From Euglena gracilis (taxonomy: Eukaryota): a stretch of DNA of 64,000 nt. The notes under the pieces were generated by a model. The model was not told where the DNA came from and did no database searches. It saw only the letters and a program-made list of their open reading frames with translations. The number at the start of each line of letters is the position of its first letter. Within the stretch, counting starts at the first letter, position 1. Positions 62,073-64,000 of the stretch are shown here, piece by piece. The DNA is taken from positions 40,231,572 to 40,295,571 of the forward strand of contig CP154954.1 in the NCBI GenBank assembly GCA_039621445.1, in the 5' to 3' direction. A program made the translations under genes and the position numbers.

Positions 62073-64000
62073 CCAAAACGTCCCACCAGCCCCCGGGACC
62101 AGGTCAGCTGGGTTCCCCACCCCCCAAAAACCCCAGAATCAGCTGAGCCGCTGCTGGTCACCACCCCACAATCACAAAATTTTGCCTTTTTTTTGTGTGT
62201 AATTTGGGACCATCATTCAATCTGGCTTTGAAAACCACACCCCCGCCCCTCTTGAACAGCTGAGAATTGTCAAAATTTTGCAATTCGGGGGGGGGGTTGA
62301 GCAGCGCTGTATCCCCCCAAAATTTGACATTTTTTTGAATCAATCGGGGCATGGGGTGTGCCAAAATGTCCCACCGGCCCCCGGGACCAGGTCAGCTGGG
62401 TTCCCCACCCCCCAAAACCCCCATGAATATCAGAACCACTGCTGCTCAACACCCCCCCAAATAGCAAAATTTTCACAATTTTTGGGTGCTAATCGGGGGG
62501 GGGGGGGGCGTGTGGGGGCGTGATTTTCGGGGCCAGATTGCCTCAATGCCAGGTAACGGGTTGCGCCAAAACGTCCCACCGGCCCCCGGGACCAGGTCAG
62601 CTGGGTTCCCCACCCCCCAAAAACCCATGAATATCAGCACCACTGCTGCTCAACACCCCCCAAATAGCAAAATCTTCACAATATTTGGGCGTTAATCGGG
62701 GGGGGGGGGGCGTGGGGGCGTGATTTTCGGGGCCAGATTGCCTCAATGCCAGGAATTGGGGGGTGCCAAAACGTGCGACCAGCCCCCGGGACCAGGTCAG
62801 CTGGGTTCCCCACCCCCAAAAACCCCACAATAACTAAAACCACTGCTGGTGAACACCCCACAATAGCAAATTTTGGGCTTTTTTGTGGTATAGGGGGGGG
62901 GGGGGGGGGGGGGGGCGTGGTTTCAAGGACCAGATTGCCTCAATGCCAGGAATTGGGGGGGCCAAAACGTGCGACCAGCCCCCGGGACCAGGTCAGCTGG
63001 GTTCCCCACCCCCAAAAACCACACAGTAATTGAAACCACTGCTGAAAACACCCCACAATTGCAAAAGTTTTGGCAATTTTTTGGTATAAATCGGGGCGGA
63101 AGGGGGGGGCGTGGTTCTCGGGACCAGATTGCCTCAATGCCAGGAATTGGGGGGTGCCAAAACGTGCAACCAGCCCCCGGGACCAGGTCAGCTGGGTTCC
63201 CCACCACCAAAAACCACACAGTAATTGAAACCACTGCTGAAAACACCCCACAATTGCAAAAGTTTTGGCAATTTTTTGGTATAAATCGGGGCGGAAGGGG
63301 GGGGGGGCGTGGTTCTCGGGACCAGATTGCCTCAATGCCAGGAATTGGGGGGTGCCAAAACGTGCGACCGGCCCCTGGGACCAGGTCAGCTGGGTTCCCC
63401 ACCCCCCAAAAACCCATGAATATCAGCACCACTGCTGCTCAACACCCCCCAAATAGCAAAATCTTCACAATCTTTGGGCGTTAATCGGGGGTGGGGGGGC
63501 GTGGGGGCGTGATTTCGGGGCCAGATTGGCTCAATGCCAGGAATTGGGGGGTGCCAAAACGTGCGACCAGCCCCCGGGACCAGGTCAGCTGGGTTCCCCA
63601 CCCCCAAAACCCCACAATAACTAAAACCACTGCTGGTGAACACCCCACAATAGCAAATTCTTGGCATTTTTTTGGTATAAGTCGGGGCGGAGGGGGGGGG
63701 CGTGGTTTCAAGGACCAGATTGCCTCAATGCCAGGAATTGGGGGGTGCCAAAACGTGCAACCAGCCCCCGGGACCAGGTCAGCTGGGTTCCCCACCCCCA
63801 AAAACCACACAGTAATTGAAACCACTGCTGAAAACACCCCACAATGGCAAAATTTTGGTAAATCGGGGGGGGGGGGGGGGGGGGGGGCGTGGTTTCAAGG
63901 ACCAGATTGCCTCAATGCCAGGAATTGGGGGGTGCCAAAACGTGCGACCGGCCCCCGGGACCAGGTCAGCTGGGTTCCCCACCCCCAAAAACCCCACAGT
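62073..64000 (+). repeat. Second array of the same ~200-bp satellite (mixed A/B monomers), running off the window end
   Basis: Same core motifs and spacing as 3610-18955. Confidence 0.95.

Noticed and set aside
1-64000. tRNA, rRNA or spliced-leader RNA genes
   Set aside because: None recognised by eye; a covariance-model search would be needed to exclude them.

Overview
Repeat-dominated eukaryotic DNA (TTAGGG-like tracts, microsatellites, isolated exon-like islands, many variable homopolymer runs suggesting long-read indels). No intact host gene is visible. Main contents: (1) a ~200-bp G/C-tract tandem satellite in two subfamilies (3.6-19.0 kb and 62.1-64 kb); (2) a 19-48 kb patchwork of dispersed repeats, local duplications, a 29-bp minisatellite and many CAG(G)...CTG MITEs with 8-bp target duplications; (3) a 48-59 kb cluster of DIRS-type tyrosine-recombinase retrotransposons; (4) next to an N gap, telomere-like repeats hosting nested MITEs. 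The DIRS cluster includes one structurally complete copy (54382-59078, minus strand) with left ITR, ICR, right ITR, RT, RNase H, adenine-methyltransferase and recombinase domains. In that copy, two single-base corrections restore both a ~1000-aa pol and a ~1500-aa ITR-to-ITR recombinase ORF that fully contains pol in another frame.
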